This document shows positions 15,777-29,790 of a stretch of 64,000 nucleotides of DNA, in pieces (position 1 is the first letter of the stretch; each line of letters begins with the position of its first letter). Made by a program: the position numbers and the translations under genes. The notes below the pieces were generated by a model. It saw nothing but the letters and a program-made list of their open reading frames with translations. It made no database searches and was not told the DNA's origin. The stretch is from NCBI GenBank assembly GCA_951406725.2, contig OX597837.1, positions 9,734,001-9,798,000 of the forward strand, given 5' to 3'. Origin of the DNA: Octopus vulgaris. Lineage: Eukaryota.

Positions 15777-15778
<2 letters not shown>
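15252..15778 (-). mobile_element. ~530-bp retroposon-like insert embedded in a (TTA)n array
   Basis: Complex-sequence block with (TTA)n on both sides (15060-15251 and 15779-16016); the minus strand ends ...ctctctcactc(aat)n. Confidence 0.55.
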
Positions 15779-15843
<65 letters not shown>

Positions 15844-15866
15844 CATTATTATTATTATTATTATTA

Positions 15867-16017
<151 letters not shown>

Positions 16018-16522
16018 GTCCGTCGTTAATTGTTTTCGTTTCCGAATCCCTAATTCATCCCTATTTGTATTATTCCTATTAACTATACTGATTCTACTAC
16101 ATTAATTGTTCCTCCTGATATATCGCAATAAGAATACAAAACTTCTTAATAATAATTTCTGTTTTCAAACTAAATTCTTTCTATTAACTTACCTATTTCA
16201 TTTGTCATTCACGAATTTTCCATCTTAGCTCCATATTCTGTAAAAAAAATATAAATAAATAAACAAAACATCTCAATCTTCTTGCAAAACACATGTGACA
16301 TGGGTCGGCCAATAGAATGCTACTAGTTCGACGCCATTTTTAATACCGGATGAGAGTTTATGTTTTCAGCATGTGACGTTTGCAAAACGAGGCTTGAAGG
16401 GAAAACATAACACACGGAAACAGTGAGGAACCTAGTTACAAGCATCAGGAAAATGCATTATATACACACACATATATGGGGGTGTGTATGTTTATATGTA
16501 TGTATGAGTGAAAGTGTGTGAA

Positions 16523-16563
<41 letters not shown>

Positions 16564-16779
16564 GACATGCATACATACATATACATAAATATATCTGTTA
16601 AATGTAAATGCATACATACACTTACTCGTATACAAACTATGTGAATAAACTTGCGTAAGATATATACAAATATATGTGTTTATACAGGTGTGTGTATTTG
16701 TATATGTATATATATATATACTATATACATGTGCGTGTGTGTGTGTTTGCGTATGTAATTGTGTATGTGTGTGTTTGTA

Positions 16780-16867
<88 letters not shown>

Positions 16868-17613
16868 AGTGCGTGCGTGTGTGTGTGTTTATGTGTGCGT
16901 GTGTGTGTGAATTCATGTGAGTGTGTGTCTGTATGAGTATAATATAACAAGTGTGGTCGTGTGTAGATGTATACGTATGATGTGCGCGTGTGTGATTATG
17001 TCTACTTATACCTTCTGGTGATGAAATCCATTATTCATTCGCTTACTAAGACCCTTCGTTTGGCTTCGTATTTCCGACATTTTCAAGAAATTTCGTTTTT
17101 AAATATTTATCTCCACACTCACACCAATCATTCCATCGAACTTTGGGCTATACTTATAATTAATTTTGATGATTTTCCTTTGAAATTCCTTTCATTTTAG
17201 TTTTGTGAAGCTTTGCAAGTCCCTCAATGATACAATAATATAATACAAGACAAAACTAACCATTACCTTTAAACAAAAACTTGGAATCCGTCCAAGTGCC
17301 CTTTCTAAGAACTTCCAGAAACATTACCTAGGAACCCTACGTCTAGCTAGGTAACGTACGCAACTAGGCTCGAAGCCAGCAAGGCTACAAATGCTCCAAC
17401 AAGCCAGCAAACCATTTCTTGCGAGGTAGATTTCATCCCTCATTCGATTGTGCTCCAACGCGTGGGCCCTGGTTAACTTAGATGAGTGCACTTTCTTGAA
17501 AAACTCGGTCTAGTTCATTGCTTTATGGGTCCTTCCCTCCTCTCTGTCTCTCTGATGTTGTAAAAGGTCACAGGCTGTGACATCCTTCTCATTGTAATAC
17601 CTGTGTACTTATA

Positions 17614-17830
17614 AGGCGACGACTTGTCAGAATCGTTAACACTCCGGGCAAAATACTTAACGGCATTTCGTCCGTCTTTACGTTCTGAGTTCAAATTCCA
17701 CCGAGATCGATTTCACCTTCCATCATTTCGAGATCGATAAAATAAGTGCCATTTGAGCACTGGGGTCGATGTAATCGACATACAACCTCCACTGAAATTG
17801 CTAGCCTTGTGTCAAAATTTGAAACCAATA
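17614..17830 (+). mobile_element. SINE family A variant
   Basis: aggcgacgacttgtcagaatcgttaacactccgggc...gttctgagttcaaattcc...ggggtcgatgtaatcgac. Confidence 0.75.
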
Positions 17831-17904
17831 TTTATGCGTGTTTATGTGTGTGTATGTATGTGTGTATGTGTGTGTGTGTGTGTGTGTATGTGCGTGTATG
17901 TGTA

Positions 17905-18200
17905 TGATGAGGGACTCTGCCGTCGTCAGACGACGTATGAGAGTTCGACAAATTCTTACCGAACAATCATGCAGACGATTTATTTATAGTGATCAAATGT
18001 TTGTGTGCACATAAGCTCACTCCGTCCATCAAATCAGCATTTCCTGTACAGGTGCAAAGGGTGCTGCGCATGTCAGATGACCAAAATGATTGCAGAGCAA
18101 CGTTAAATGAGGTACTTCGCTCAAGAACACAACGCAATACCCGGTCTGGGAATCGAACTCACGATCTCGCAATTGTGATTGCAACACGTTAATCGGTGGG
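17905..18200 (-). mobile_element. Diverged tRNA-derived SINE (family B-related head)
   Basis: cgctcaagaacacaacgc...ccggtctgggaatcgaactcacgatc matches the family B head on the minus strand. Confidence 0.6.
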
Positions 18201-18299
18201 TCATGACCCTTGACACACACACACACACACACATTGATAATAGATATACATGTGTATATATATATATATATATATAATTATACATACATATACATAAAC

Positions 18300-18330
<31 letters not shown>

Positions 18331-18377
18331 TATACACAAATATATTTAGATATATACGCACATATGCATATATATAT

Positions 18378-18422
<45 letters not shown>

Positions 18423-18563
18423 AAGAAGAAGAAGAATCATAAAAAGTAGCAACAAAAGAATGAGACCTCGATATTAGATAGGGAATTACTTGTTCTAAAT
18501 TATAACACACATATATAAATGTATATCCTTATGTATATGTATTATATATATACACATACACAC

Positions 18564-18641
<78 letters not shown>

Positions 18642-18837
18642 AATTAAGATTCAGTAGGGTATATAATACCACTTGCTAAAATAAAACTTACGATAAAGAT
18701 ACACACGAGCAATGCAATGAACATATGAGAGATAGTCTTACCTTGCGTTGAATACATCAGTAAGTAATGAATATATATGTGTGTGTTTGTCCGTGTCCGT
18801 GTCCGTGTGTGTGCGTGTATATACCTTTATATTAATG

Positions 18838-18876
<39 letters not shown>

Positions 18877-18992
18877 GAAAAATTTAATGAACATCTAATT
18901 ATTAAAGAGGAAAATTTATCGCAAAAGCCATTTCTATTTATATTTTTCAAATCTTTAATACTGTACCAAGGACTTTCTCTTTCTTATTCTAC

Positions 18993-19152
<160 letters not shown>

Positions 19153-19404
19153 CAGATAGATAGATGTAAGTATAAATATATATACATATATACATGTATA
19201 TGTGTATATGTATGTATATGAATATACACATTCAAATACACACGCATCTATACATCTATCTGTCAATTTATCTATCTCTCAATATGTGTACGTGGGTGTA
19301 TGGGTGTGTGTGTGAATGTATATATGTTGCATGTATGTAAATATGTAAGTAGGTATGCTTGTATATACGTACATGCATGCAAATATATTTATATATATAT
19401 ATAT

Positions 19405-19634
19405 ATTTCCTTACTACCCACAAGGGGCTGAACACAGAGGGGACCAACAAGGACAGACAAAGGGGTTAAGTCGATTACATCGACCCCAGTGCGTAACTGG
19501 TACTTAATTTATCGACCCCGAAAGGATGAAAGGCAATGTCGACCTCGGCGGAATTTGAACTCAGAACGTAACGGCAGACGAAACACGGCTACGCATTTCG
19601 CCCGGCGTGCTAACGTTTCTGCCAGGTCGCCGCC
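19405..19634 (-). mobile_element. SINE family A, full-length monomer
   Basis: Near-identical to the 2121-2315 and 56856-57085 copies. Confidence 0.88.
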
Positions 19635-20340
19635 CTATACATATATGTATACACATATACATATATGTATGTATATATATGTATATATGTATATATATGT
19701 ATACATGTATATGTATGTGTGCGTATGCATGCGTGTATATGTATACACACATATGCGTACGCCGTGTAAATATGTATGCATGTTTGTATACCCGTTACGT
19801 ACGCATGCTCATCTATCAATACATCGTATGTCACAACTGGAATTCCAACATTCCGTCTAATTTCCTTCACATTGGCATTATTGTCATAACGCTAATTAAT
19901 TATTACTTATCAAGGTTTTTTCCATAGAAAATATACCTCATTTTCTTTAATTAGCTAAGATATGTTCTGTGAACCATATATCTAACTGACATACGCATTC
20001 AATTTTTTAATTGATATCTTACAAACTGAAGCCGTTTAGATGCATTTAGCAGGCTGAGTAAAACAAAATGTAATCCTGCGCGTATTTAACGATTTCGTTT
20101 CATCCTCTCGCTTCTTTTCGTTCATTTTATATCGACCCAGAGTGACCTGGATCCATGCTATACCAGCTAATGTTTCATTAATGAAATTTCGTTTCATTCT
20201 CTTCTGCTTGATGAGATAACTCTGGAAACGCAGGTATGGAGGATTGTATTAACGGTTAATACCTAGATATTGTATATATGCATACATATGTATAGACAAG
20301 CTCATACTTACGCACATACACTCACACTCACACATACATG

Positions 20341-20411
<71 letters not shown>

Positions 20412-20803
20412 AGAGCGAGAATGACAGACAGACAGACAGACAGATACATAGATTGCCACATACATACAAACATGCAAATATACTTACATCCATCCATCTA
20501 TACATACATACATACATACATACATACATACATACGTACATACATACATACACATACGTACATACATACGTACATACATACATACATACATACATACATA
20601 CATACATGCATACATACGTACATACATACGTACATACATACATACATACATGCATACATACATACATACGTACATACATACATACATGCATACATACATA
20701 CATACACACATAGACATATCTGCATGTCCTTATATACATTGTGTGTGTGTATATATATATATGTAGATTTAAATATATGTGCGTGTGTGGGCGAGTGTGT
20801 TTG

Positions 20804-20869
<66 letters not shown>

Positions 20870-21268
20870 GCAAGGGATTTTTACTTTTCATCCATTTTGT
20901 CTTAATCACTTCGCAAAGATATGGTCGTTGTTATAATTATAATTAATTTTTAATTAATAATTCAACATTCCTCGTGAAAAATATCCAAATGCGTCGTGTT
21001 TTGATTAGTTGATGTCTGTACAGCAAAAATGAATTCATCTATTATCTACAGACGCACGCATGCGCGCGCACAACACATGCACATATGCACACAAACGTAT
21101 ATATATGTACAAATATTGAAATAATTAGTATGCATATGCACATCTACTATCATACATCTATTAATATACATACATATATATATTCATGAATAGATATACA
21201 TATATATATATGCACAAATATGCAGGACATTTCTGCAGATATCTATATATACATATACGAGCATTTAC

Positions 21269-21320
<52 letters not shown>

Positions 21321-21414
21321 ACAGACAGACAAACAGACAGACAGACAAACAGACAGATAGACAGACAGGCAGACAGGCAGACAGACAGACAGACAGACAT
21401 GCGGACAGACAGAT

Positions 21415-21540
21415 AGATAAGTTTGTCGCTCGGGAAGGTGACAAAGTTTTTTACATTTCGAGCCTACGCTCTTCAGCAGAAAGGAAGACGAGGAAATAAA
21501 CAGAGACGGAAAAACACTCGAGGATTTTGCGGTCAATCAT
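21415..21540 (-). mobile_element. Short repeat family with hammerhead-like motif (copy 1 of 3)
   Basis: Minus: ccttt CTGCTGA a GAGC gtag GCTC GAAA tg TA aaaa; homologous to 38050-38176 and 45405-45541. Confidence 0.6.
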
Positions 21541-21689
21541 GCCGAGTGAGAGGGGGAGAGTGAGAGAGAGAGAGGGGGGAGAGTGAGAGAGAGAGAGGGG
21601 AGAGTGAGAGAGAGAGAGGGGAGAGTGAGAGAGAGAGAGAGGGGAGAGAGAGAGAGAGCAAACGTAGGAGATAGAGAAAGAGAGTGATG

Positions 21690-21716
<27 letters not shown>

Positions 21717-21720
<4 letters not shown>

Positions 21721-21894
21721 TAGTTATCGCCATACTAATATGGCATTCTTATAAAAATAAGAATAAAGCTGACCGCTTATTAGCTCCATGAGGCCATCGC
21801 CTTAAGTTAGCTATTTGATACATGGAGCTAATAAGCGGTCAGCTTTATTCTTATTTTTATAAGAATGCCATATTAGTATGGCGATAACTAATAT
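21717..21894. repeat. Perfect 74-bp inverted repeat with 30-nt spacer
   Basis: 21717-21790 (atattagttatcgcc...gctccatg) is the exact reverse complement of 21821-21894. Confidence 0.95.
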
Positions 21895-22169
21895 TTTCCG
21901 GGAACGCTGCCGTTGTTCTCTTTTAGAGAGACTTAGTAATTTTAATATTTCTATTATATATATATATATATATATATGTATATTACTCATTCTCTTTGTT
22001 GCCGTGACTTCCTCGTTCGCGCCTTCCAATAGACCAGTATTCACTCACACTCACACTCACACTTTCACTCAGTCTCTAACTTGCACTCACCACTCTCACT
22101 CATCCGCTCGCTCACACATTCATACTCACAGTCGCACTCATATCCACTCACATTATTTCAAGTAAAACT

Positions 22170-22796
22170 TTGAGCAGTTTTTATCTAGTCTCTCTTTCTC
22201 CCTCCCTCCTTCTCTTTCTCTCTCTTCCCACTCTCTCTGCTTTTCTCTGTCTCTTTGTCTCGCTTTCTGTTCTTCTCTTTCTCACTAACCCTCTCTCTTC
22301 CCTCTATCATAGTCTCTCTGTCTCTGTCTCTTTCTCGTACTTTTCTATCTCTCTCTCCTTCCCTTACTCTCTCTCTCATAGTCTTTATATCCCTCCTCTC
22401 TCTCTCTCTCTCTCGCTCGCTCTCTCGTTCTCGTTCTCTAGTGCTCTTCCAATCTCTCTCGCCTTCTCTTTCTCTTTTGTATTCCTTCTATCCCTCTTTC
22501 TCTCTCTCTCTCTCTCTTACTCTCTCTCTCTCTTTCTCTCTCGTATTCTTTCTATCTATCTATCTCCTTCTCGCTTTCTCTCTCTCTCTCTCTCTGTGAC
22601 TGTCCTGCTTCTATCACCATCTCAGTTTTTCTCTCTGTTCTTTTTCTCTCTCTGACTCTCTTTTTTGCATCTCTCTTTCTTTCTTTCTTTTTTCTTTCTC
22701 TCTCTCTCTCTATCTCTTCTTTTTCTCTTACTTTTTCACTGTCCCTGTCTCTCTCTCTCTCTCTCGCTTCCTCTCTCACCCTCCCTCCCCTCCACG

Positions 22797-22834
<38 letters not shown>

Positions 22835-22850
22835 CTCTATCTATCTCTGT
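22170..22850. repeat. Long degenerate (CT)n polypyrimidine tract
   Basis: Directly visible. Confidence 0.85.
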
Positions 22851-23195
22851 CGCATTTATCCAGTCATACCGTCACACAAAGATAAACTTTAAGAGCACCA
22901 ATAATCAGATGAAACTGAAACAAGCTGTCACTGGAAATAATGGCAAGACACTGCGTGGAGTCCCTCGCTCCTCGGTTCCCCTATAATTTGTCCGCTCACT
23001 AACACCACCACCACCACCACCATCACCACCACCATCAGCACCAGCAACATGTCTGCCAATGAAATTAGACATCGCAAAACACCACAGTCATTATATTTGA
23101 CGGATGATAGAGAGAACATCTGTGCTTCAATGGTTCGCTTTATTGCACGGAGATATACTATATACACCAATTAGCTATTGTGGACATATATATGC

Positions 23196-23336
<141 letters not shown>

Positions 23337-23420
23337 TATATTTGTGTGCATATACGCATATATAGAAACATGCACATACGTATAAATATACATACATGAG
23401 TATACAAATTCGTATGTAGC

Positions 23421-23456
<36 letters not shown>

Positions 23457-23642
23457 TGTATGCGTATGCACTTTTTAAAGTATATGTTTGGATGTCATTA
23501 CGTATAATTACACATATATAAGTATGAGTATATATATATATATATATATATACATACATACATACATACATGCATACATACATATATATATTTCTTTTAT
23601 ATATATATATACATATATATATATACATATATATATAAACAC

Positions 23643-23674
<32 letters not shown>

Positions 23675-24013
23675 GTACGTATCTATGTATTCATATATAT
23701 GTGTATACATGTGTATATATATATGTACGTATGTATCCATGCGTGTGATATGTATGTGTGTGCGTGTGTGTGTGCGTATGTGTGTGTATGAGTATGTGTG
23801 TGCAGATATACACATACGCAGATATACACATATATAAACATACTCTTATACATGCTTGCACGTGCATGTACATAGATGCATGCCTGCATGCACCGAAATG
23901 CACAAATAGATAAACACATAGCCACCCATGCACATACAGGCATACAAATATACTTACATACACGAGCGCGTGCATATACACTTGGATATATAGATATACG
24001 TGCGTATATATAG

Positions 24014-24236
24014 ATCATCATCATCATCGTCGTCGTAGTCGTCGTCGTCGTTTAATGTCCGCTTTCCATACTGGCATTGGTTGGACGGTTCAACTGGGTT
24101 CTGGGAAGCCAGAAGGCTGCACCAGGTTCCAGTCTGATCTGGCAGTGTTTCTACGGCTGGATGCCCTTCCTAACGCCAACCACTCCGTGAGTGTAGTGGG
24201 TGCTTTTTACGTGCCACCGGCACAGGTGCCAAACGA
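24014..24236 (-). mobile_element. Retroposon 3' part with (GAT/GAC)n tail
   Basis: Minus: ggttggcgttaggaagggcatccagccgtagaaac...ggacattaaacgacgacg..gatgatgat, a motif seen in RTE-associated elements. Confidence 0.6.
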
Positions 24237-24300
24237 GGTGTAGATATATGCTTATATGAAGTTCACACGTCCAAAAGTGCAACCAACACACACACACACA

Positions 24301-24342
<42 letters not shown>

Positions 24343-24379
24343 CACACACACACACGCATACACACACACACACATTCAG

Positions 24380-24660
24380 GCACACCTGGCTTAGTCGTTT
24401 GTGATCTACACTTCGAACTATATAAAACATATAGAAAGCCGTGCCTCTCCGTTGGAGGATTGAAAAAGCATATCAAAAGAGTTCGTACTATGGCAGCTAT
24501 TTCTTCTGCCGGCCAGTACAGCTGTGCATTCTGTGATAAAATGGGAAAATTTTTGACCAGGCTCAAGAGTCATACACGGGCCTCACATTGCATCGATAAT
24601 GACTGATTTCAGTGGTTCTTTCAACCAATGGCTTTGCTCGTATACGAGAAAGCAGCTAAT
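24380..24660 (+). mobile_element. Decayed RTE-like LINE 3' end with C2H2 zinc-finger remnants
   Basis: KPCLSVGGLKKHIKR...YSCAFCDK...RLKSHTRASH; related remnant at 35320-35562. Confidence 0.5.
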
Positions 24661-24667
24661 ATATATA

Positions 24668-24862
24668 TAAATGGAACAAAAACGTAATAGAGGGCATTAA
24701 AACGTTTGGGCAGATAGACGATACAAAGGTGGACAAGAGAAACAACAATTAGAAGGGACAGGCAAAAAAGGACGGCTCATTCTTAGCTTTCTTTCTTCAG
24801 TCAAGTTCCAGAAGTCATGACCATTTCGGGCAGTTACACTTGAGATGGTTCAATCTGGTTGT
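24668..24862 (-). mobile_element. Repeat family shared with 61844-62059 (probably PLE-derived)
   Basis: Minus ...cttgactgaagaaag..gaatgagccgtcc...gtatcgtctatctg matches 61900-61990. Confidence 0.5.
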
Positions 24863-25700
24863 CCCAAAAAAGTCTAAGCTAAGAGCATTAGACCCCTTTG
24901 TAAGAAAGCTAGCGAATGTGTACGGTAACAAAGTAAAACAAACAAAAAACGGAGAACATGGTACACAATTACGAATACAAGCAACAAGAAATAACAACAG
25001 GCGTCTTTCGACTGAGAACGAATCAAATTGAGCATGCGTGTATGGAGTGAAAGCCTAAAGGCAGGAGCATGGGGGATGGACACAAGAGGTGTTGGCGGTC
25101 GGTAAGTCAGGCCAAGAAAGAAAGATAATGGCTGGCCGGACACCGGTCACGTGGAAGGAGGAGAGATGGGTAGGGGACAGCGGAATTGAAGGATTAGAAA
25201 CAGCGATGGTAGTGTTGCTAGATGCGCATTTCTGTCTCCTTGCGCTTCGTCAGTATCAGTTACACACTGCCAACCACATTCTGAGACAGAATCTGTATTT
25301 ACTGATATTGAAAAACAGGGGTTAAAAAATCACTAATGTACGAATTAGGCGGCCGGCTGAATAAGAAAGAATTCTTCATGTGCAGCAGAAGAGGCACTTA
25401 TTGCGCAAACATTACGAAAAGTCAAATGAACTGTTTTATTCCTAATCAGACAGTGTTTCTTTCTACGAAGCGTCACTCCTAAGGTTGGGCAACATCGAGA
25501 TTAGGATTCAACACGAAATTCGCCTTAGATGTCACGTGGTTGGATGACATCGCGCCCTCGTGATTGCGAAGAGGATTCCTTAATCACTCAGTGCTGGATG
25601 CCGACGCATATACATATATATATAGCATTCTATCTATATAGCATTCTATCTATCCATCTATCTATTTATAATGATATATATATAGATATATATATATATA

Positions 25701-27673
25701 CCCCAAAGCTAACCCCAAAACTAACCCCAAAGCTTTCTACAGGTATGCCAAAGAAACAGCTACGGTGCACTGTAGGATAGGGCCACTCCTTGAAAAGGAT
25801 GGCACACTCACAGGAAAACCAATGAAGGTAAGTGAAATACTGAATGAACAATTCAAGAGTGTTTTCACTCCACCCCTTGGGCATTTCCAAATCAGCAATC
25901 CAACTGACTTCTTTACCACTGCAGATATAGAATCAGAGGCGGCGACGATAAATTACATCGATATAAAGGAAGACGATGTAATAAAGGCTATAGATGAAAT
26001 GAAAACAGACTCAGCTATTGGCCCCGATGGATTCCCGGCAATCCTCCTAAAAGTATGTAAGAGAGTCTTAGCAAGACCACTGCAGTTCCTCTTTCAGAGC
26101 TTCCTTGCAGCTGGCAAACTTCCAAGAAAACTGAAGGAAGGTAAAATATGCCCTATTCATAAAGGAGGTAGCAGAGCGGAGGCCAAGAACTACAGACCTA
26201 TCTCTCTGACCTCACACATCAGCAAGGTCATGGAACGAATAGTCAGAAGGAAACTAATCACCTTCCTTGAAGAAAATAACTTGCTGCCTGACACCCAACA
26301 TGGTTTCCGACCAGGACGAAGCTGTTTAACTCAGCTCCTGCAGCACTATGACTGGGTGCTGAAACAACTGCTCAACCACTCAAATGTGGAAGTCATATAT
26401 CTCGACTTCGCAAAGGCCTTCGATAAAGTCGATCATGGAATGATATGTCACAAACTGCGTGATCTTGGCATAGTTGGAAAACTAGGAGAATGGCTTCACG
26501 ACTTTCTGAAGAATAGAAGTCAGGTGGTAGTAGCCAATGGGGCCACTTCCATTAGCACGCAAATAGTGAGCGGTGTTCCACAGGGCACTGTTTTGGGACC
26601 ACTACTGTTCATAATGGCCCTCTCAGACATGCCCTCAGCCACGCGGAGAGCCACGATCACAAGTTATGCAGATGATACAAAAGTTTCACAGGCAATACAG
26701 AACCCTGAAGACACTAAGCACCTGCAATATGAGCTGGACGAAATATGCAAGTGGGCTGAAAAGAATAGCATGCAGTTCAATGCTGAAAAGTTTCAAGCTT
26801 TATACTATCAGCATGCAAAACTGAATGCAATACCCAAGGAATACACTGGACCCGGAGGGATTGCAATCCCAGAGGCACAATCAGTGCGTGACCTGGGTAT
26901 TCACATGAGTGATGACGCGACCTTTCATGTACATGTTGCTAAACTGACAATGAAATGCAGACGGCTGGCTGGATGGATTCTTAGAACCTTTAGAACAAGA
27001 GAACAAGAAACCATGATGGTCCTCTGGAAGACACTTGTCCTAAGCCACTTTGACTATTGCTCTCAGCTATGGTCACCATCCAGTGTCAAGTTGATCACAG
27101 AACTTGAGGCGATCCAACGAAGCTACACGAAGAAGATAGCCTCTATGCAGAATGTAAGCTACTGGGAAAGACTCAAGAGATTAAAATTATATTCCCTGGA
27201 GCGTAGGCGGGAAAGATATGCCATAATATACATCTGGAAGATCCTGGAGGGAAGTGTCCTGAACTTTGGCATTGAGAGTTACGCAAATGCCAGAACTGGG
27301 CGCCACTGCGTGGTGCCTAGGACTCCAAACTTGCCATCAAGATGTAGGACAAGATTCTGTGATAGCCTGGGCTTCCGAGGCCCACAGCTCTTCAATATCC
27401 TCCCGAAGAACCTGAGAGACCTGCATGGGGTGGATACAGATGTCTTTAAAATGGAGCTGGATCTCTTCCTGTCAGGTGTCCCAGATGAACCAACTTCACG
27501 GCAGGAGGGGCAGATGAGGGCAGCTGCATCGAACTCTCTCATGCACCAAATAGCAGTTGCTAGAAAGCCTCCATGAAGTGAAACCAAGTAGCAACACCAA
27601 ATGGCGGTGCCCCAGCATGGCCACAGCTCATAAACTGAAACTAGAATCAATCAATCAATCAATCAATCAATCA
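25701..27673 (+). mobile_element. 5'-truncated CR1/L2-group LINE with (AATC)n tail
   Basis: Intact RT ORF, short 3' UTR, tail aatcaatc... at 27645-27673; no endonuclease domain present. Confidence 0.92.
25702..27576 (+). CDS. LINE ORF2 reverse transcriptase (N-terminally truncated)
   Basis: The frame of ORF 25765..27576 extends upstream through KTNPKAFYRYAK; motifs NYRPISLTS, QHGFRPGRSC, YLDFAKAFDKVDH, GVPQGTVLGPLLF, YADD, YWERLKRLKLYSLERRR; no internal stops. Confidence 0.93.
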   Translation, partial: PKANPKTNPKAFYRYAKETATVHCRIGPLLEKDGTLTGKPMKVSEILNEQFKSVFTPPLGHFQISNPTDFFTTADIESEAATINYIDIKEDDVIKAIDEMKTDSAIGPDGFPAILLKVCKRVLARPLQFLFQSFLAAGKLPRKLKEGKICPIHKGGSRAEAKNYRPISLTSHISKVMERIVRRKLITFLEENNLLPDTQHGFRPGRSCLTQLLQHYDWVLKQLLNHSNVEVIYLDFAKAFDKVDHGMICHKLRDLGIVGKLGEWLHDFLKNRSQVVVANGATSISTQIVSGVPQGTVLGPLLFIMALSDMPSATRRATITSYADDTKVSQAIQNPEDTKHLQYELDEICKWAEKNSMQFNAEKFQALYYQHAKLNAIPKEYTGPGGIAIPEAQSVRDLGIHMSDDATFHVHVAKLTMKCRRLAGWILRTFRTREQETMMVLWKTLVLSHFDYCSQLWSPSSVKLITELEAIQRSYTKKIASMQNVSYWERLKRLKLYSLERRRERYAIIYIWKILEGSVLNFGIESYANARTGRHCVVPRTPNLPSRCRTRFCDSLGFRGPQLFNILPKNLRDLHGVDTDVFKMELDLFLSGVPDEPTSRQEGQMRAAASNSLMHQIAVARKPP

Positions 27674-27767
27674 TATAGAGAGAGAGAGAGACATACATAC
27701 ATACAGAGACAGACAGACAACTAGAGAGAGAGAGAGAGAGAGAGAGGGCGAGAGAGAGATGTAATTT

Positions 27768-27830
<63 letters not shown>

Positions 27831-28030
27831 ATATATATATATATCTGCATATGCAGAGAGAGAGGGAAAGAGAGAGAGAGATAGACAGGGAAAGATATGT
27901 ATATATATATATATACATATATGTATGTATTATGTATGTATACGCATACTAACACAAACCTACTTAAACGCACGCTTATATGCGTAGATACGTAGGTACA
28001 ACCACCTATACACATACATGAAACCATCTT

Positions 28031-28078
<48 letters not shown>

Positions 28079-28179
28079 GTATATATATATATACATATGT
28101 ATATATGTAAGTATGTATATATTCATATATATATATATATATATATGTATGTATATATATATATATATGTATATATATG

Positions 28180-28256
<77 letters not shown>

Positions 28257-29029
28257 ATATATATATATTGTATGTTCCCCATGAGAAATCACACTTTTGC
28301 CGTGCTGTTCTGCCATCAAATCGTTATTCACGTAGTGTCACGGACACAAAACTTGGTGTAAACTCAATTATTCATGACACAACCAGAGACAGCGGACATT
28401 TCTAACACGGCACCGCCACCACAACCACCACCACCACCACCACCAGCTCCATCACTTCTAACCAATCCAACGTCGACACCACCACCACCACCACCGTCCA
28501 CAACCATCGCTACTAACAAATCCACATTCACAACGACCAGAACCAATGTCGAAGAAGCCGCCGCCGCCGTCACCGTCGCCGTTGCCAAAGCCATTGGTCG
28601 CTCTTTCACATGCGTATACATACGTATTAGTGTATATAGTCAGACACTAAACACGCCGTTTGTGTGTATGCGTGTGTGTGTGTTTATGTGTGTGTGTGTG
28701 TGTGTGTGTGTGCTTTGTACCTTTGTAAAGCTTACCAAGTCGGATTCTTTAAATTCGCTATTGATTCGCAATGTTATATATTTCTCATCTTCCCGAATAT
28801 ATATATATATGTGTGTGTGTGTGTGTACATATATATATATATATGTATCTGTTATGTATGTATGTATGTGTGTCTGTGTATATATATGTGTGCATATATA
28901 TATAAGTATATATATATATATATATCTTTGTATATATTTAGCTGTATGCATATATATACATGTATATATCTATCTATATTTATACATACATACTTACATA
29001 CATATATATATATATATATAAACATACAT

Positions 29030-29173
29030 ACATGCATGGTTGTGTTGTAATAAGCTTGCTTCCCAACCACATGGTGCCGGGTTCAATTCCACAGTGTGAT
29101 ACCTTGGGCAAGTGTCTTCTACTAAAAACCTTGTGAGTGGACTTGGTAGGCAGGAAACCGAAACAAGACAGTC

Positions 29174-29176
<3 letters not shown>
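29030..29176 (+). mobile_element. SINE family C 5' half
   Basis: gcttgcttcccaaccacatggt.ccgggttcaattcc...ccttgggcaagtgtcttctac. Confidence 0.75.
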
Positions 29177-29225
<49 letters not shown>

Positions 29226-29286
29226 ATATAAATATATACATATATATACATATATATATGCATATATATATACATATATATACATG

Positions 29287-29369
<83 letters not shown>

Positions 29370-29414
29370 TATATGTATGTGTGTGTGTGCATGTATGTAT
29401 CTATATATACACAC

Positions 29415-29468
<54 letters not shown>

Positions 29469-29469
29469 G

Positions 29470-29790
29470 TAAGGACTACCTTCCGTCATGAAAGAACATG
29501 GGATTTGCATTGAGAAAGTTCCCTTCCGGGTACAAGTTTGATCAATGTTGTTTTATGGAAGACTAGTAGTCACCCATGCATAGCAGCCTTCCCTCTTCAC
29601 GCCATTGATGTTACTCAAGGGAAAGGTAAAGGGGCCAATACAGCTTGGCACCAGTGACGTCACAACTCATTTCTACAGCTGAGTGAACTGGAGCAACGTG
29701 AAATAAAGTATCTTGCTCAAGAACACAACTCACATTCCGGTTCGGGAATCGAACCCACTACCTCATGATTGTTAGCCCGACGCCCTAACC
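29470..29790 (-). mobile_element. SINE family B head with tail type iv
   Basis: Matches 32480-32800 in reverse orientation. Confidence 0.75.

Noticed and set aside
29556-29570. tggaagactagt resembling the 5' end of miR-7
   Set aside because: Lies inside a SINE tail, the match stops after 12 nt and there is no precursor hairpin.
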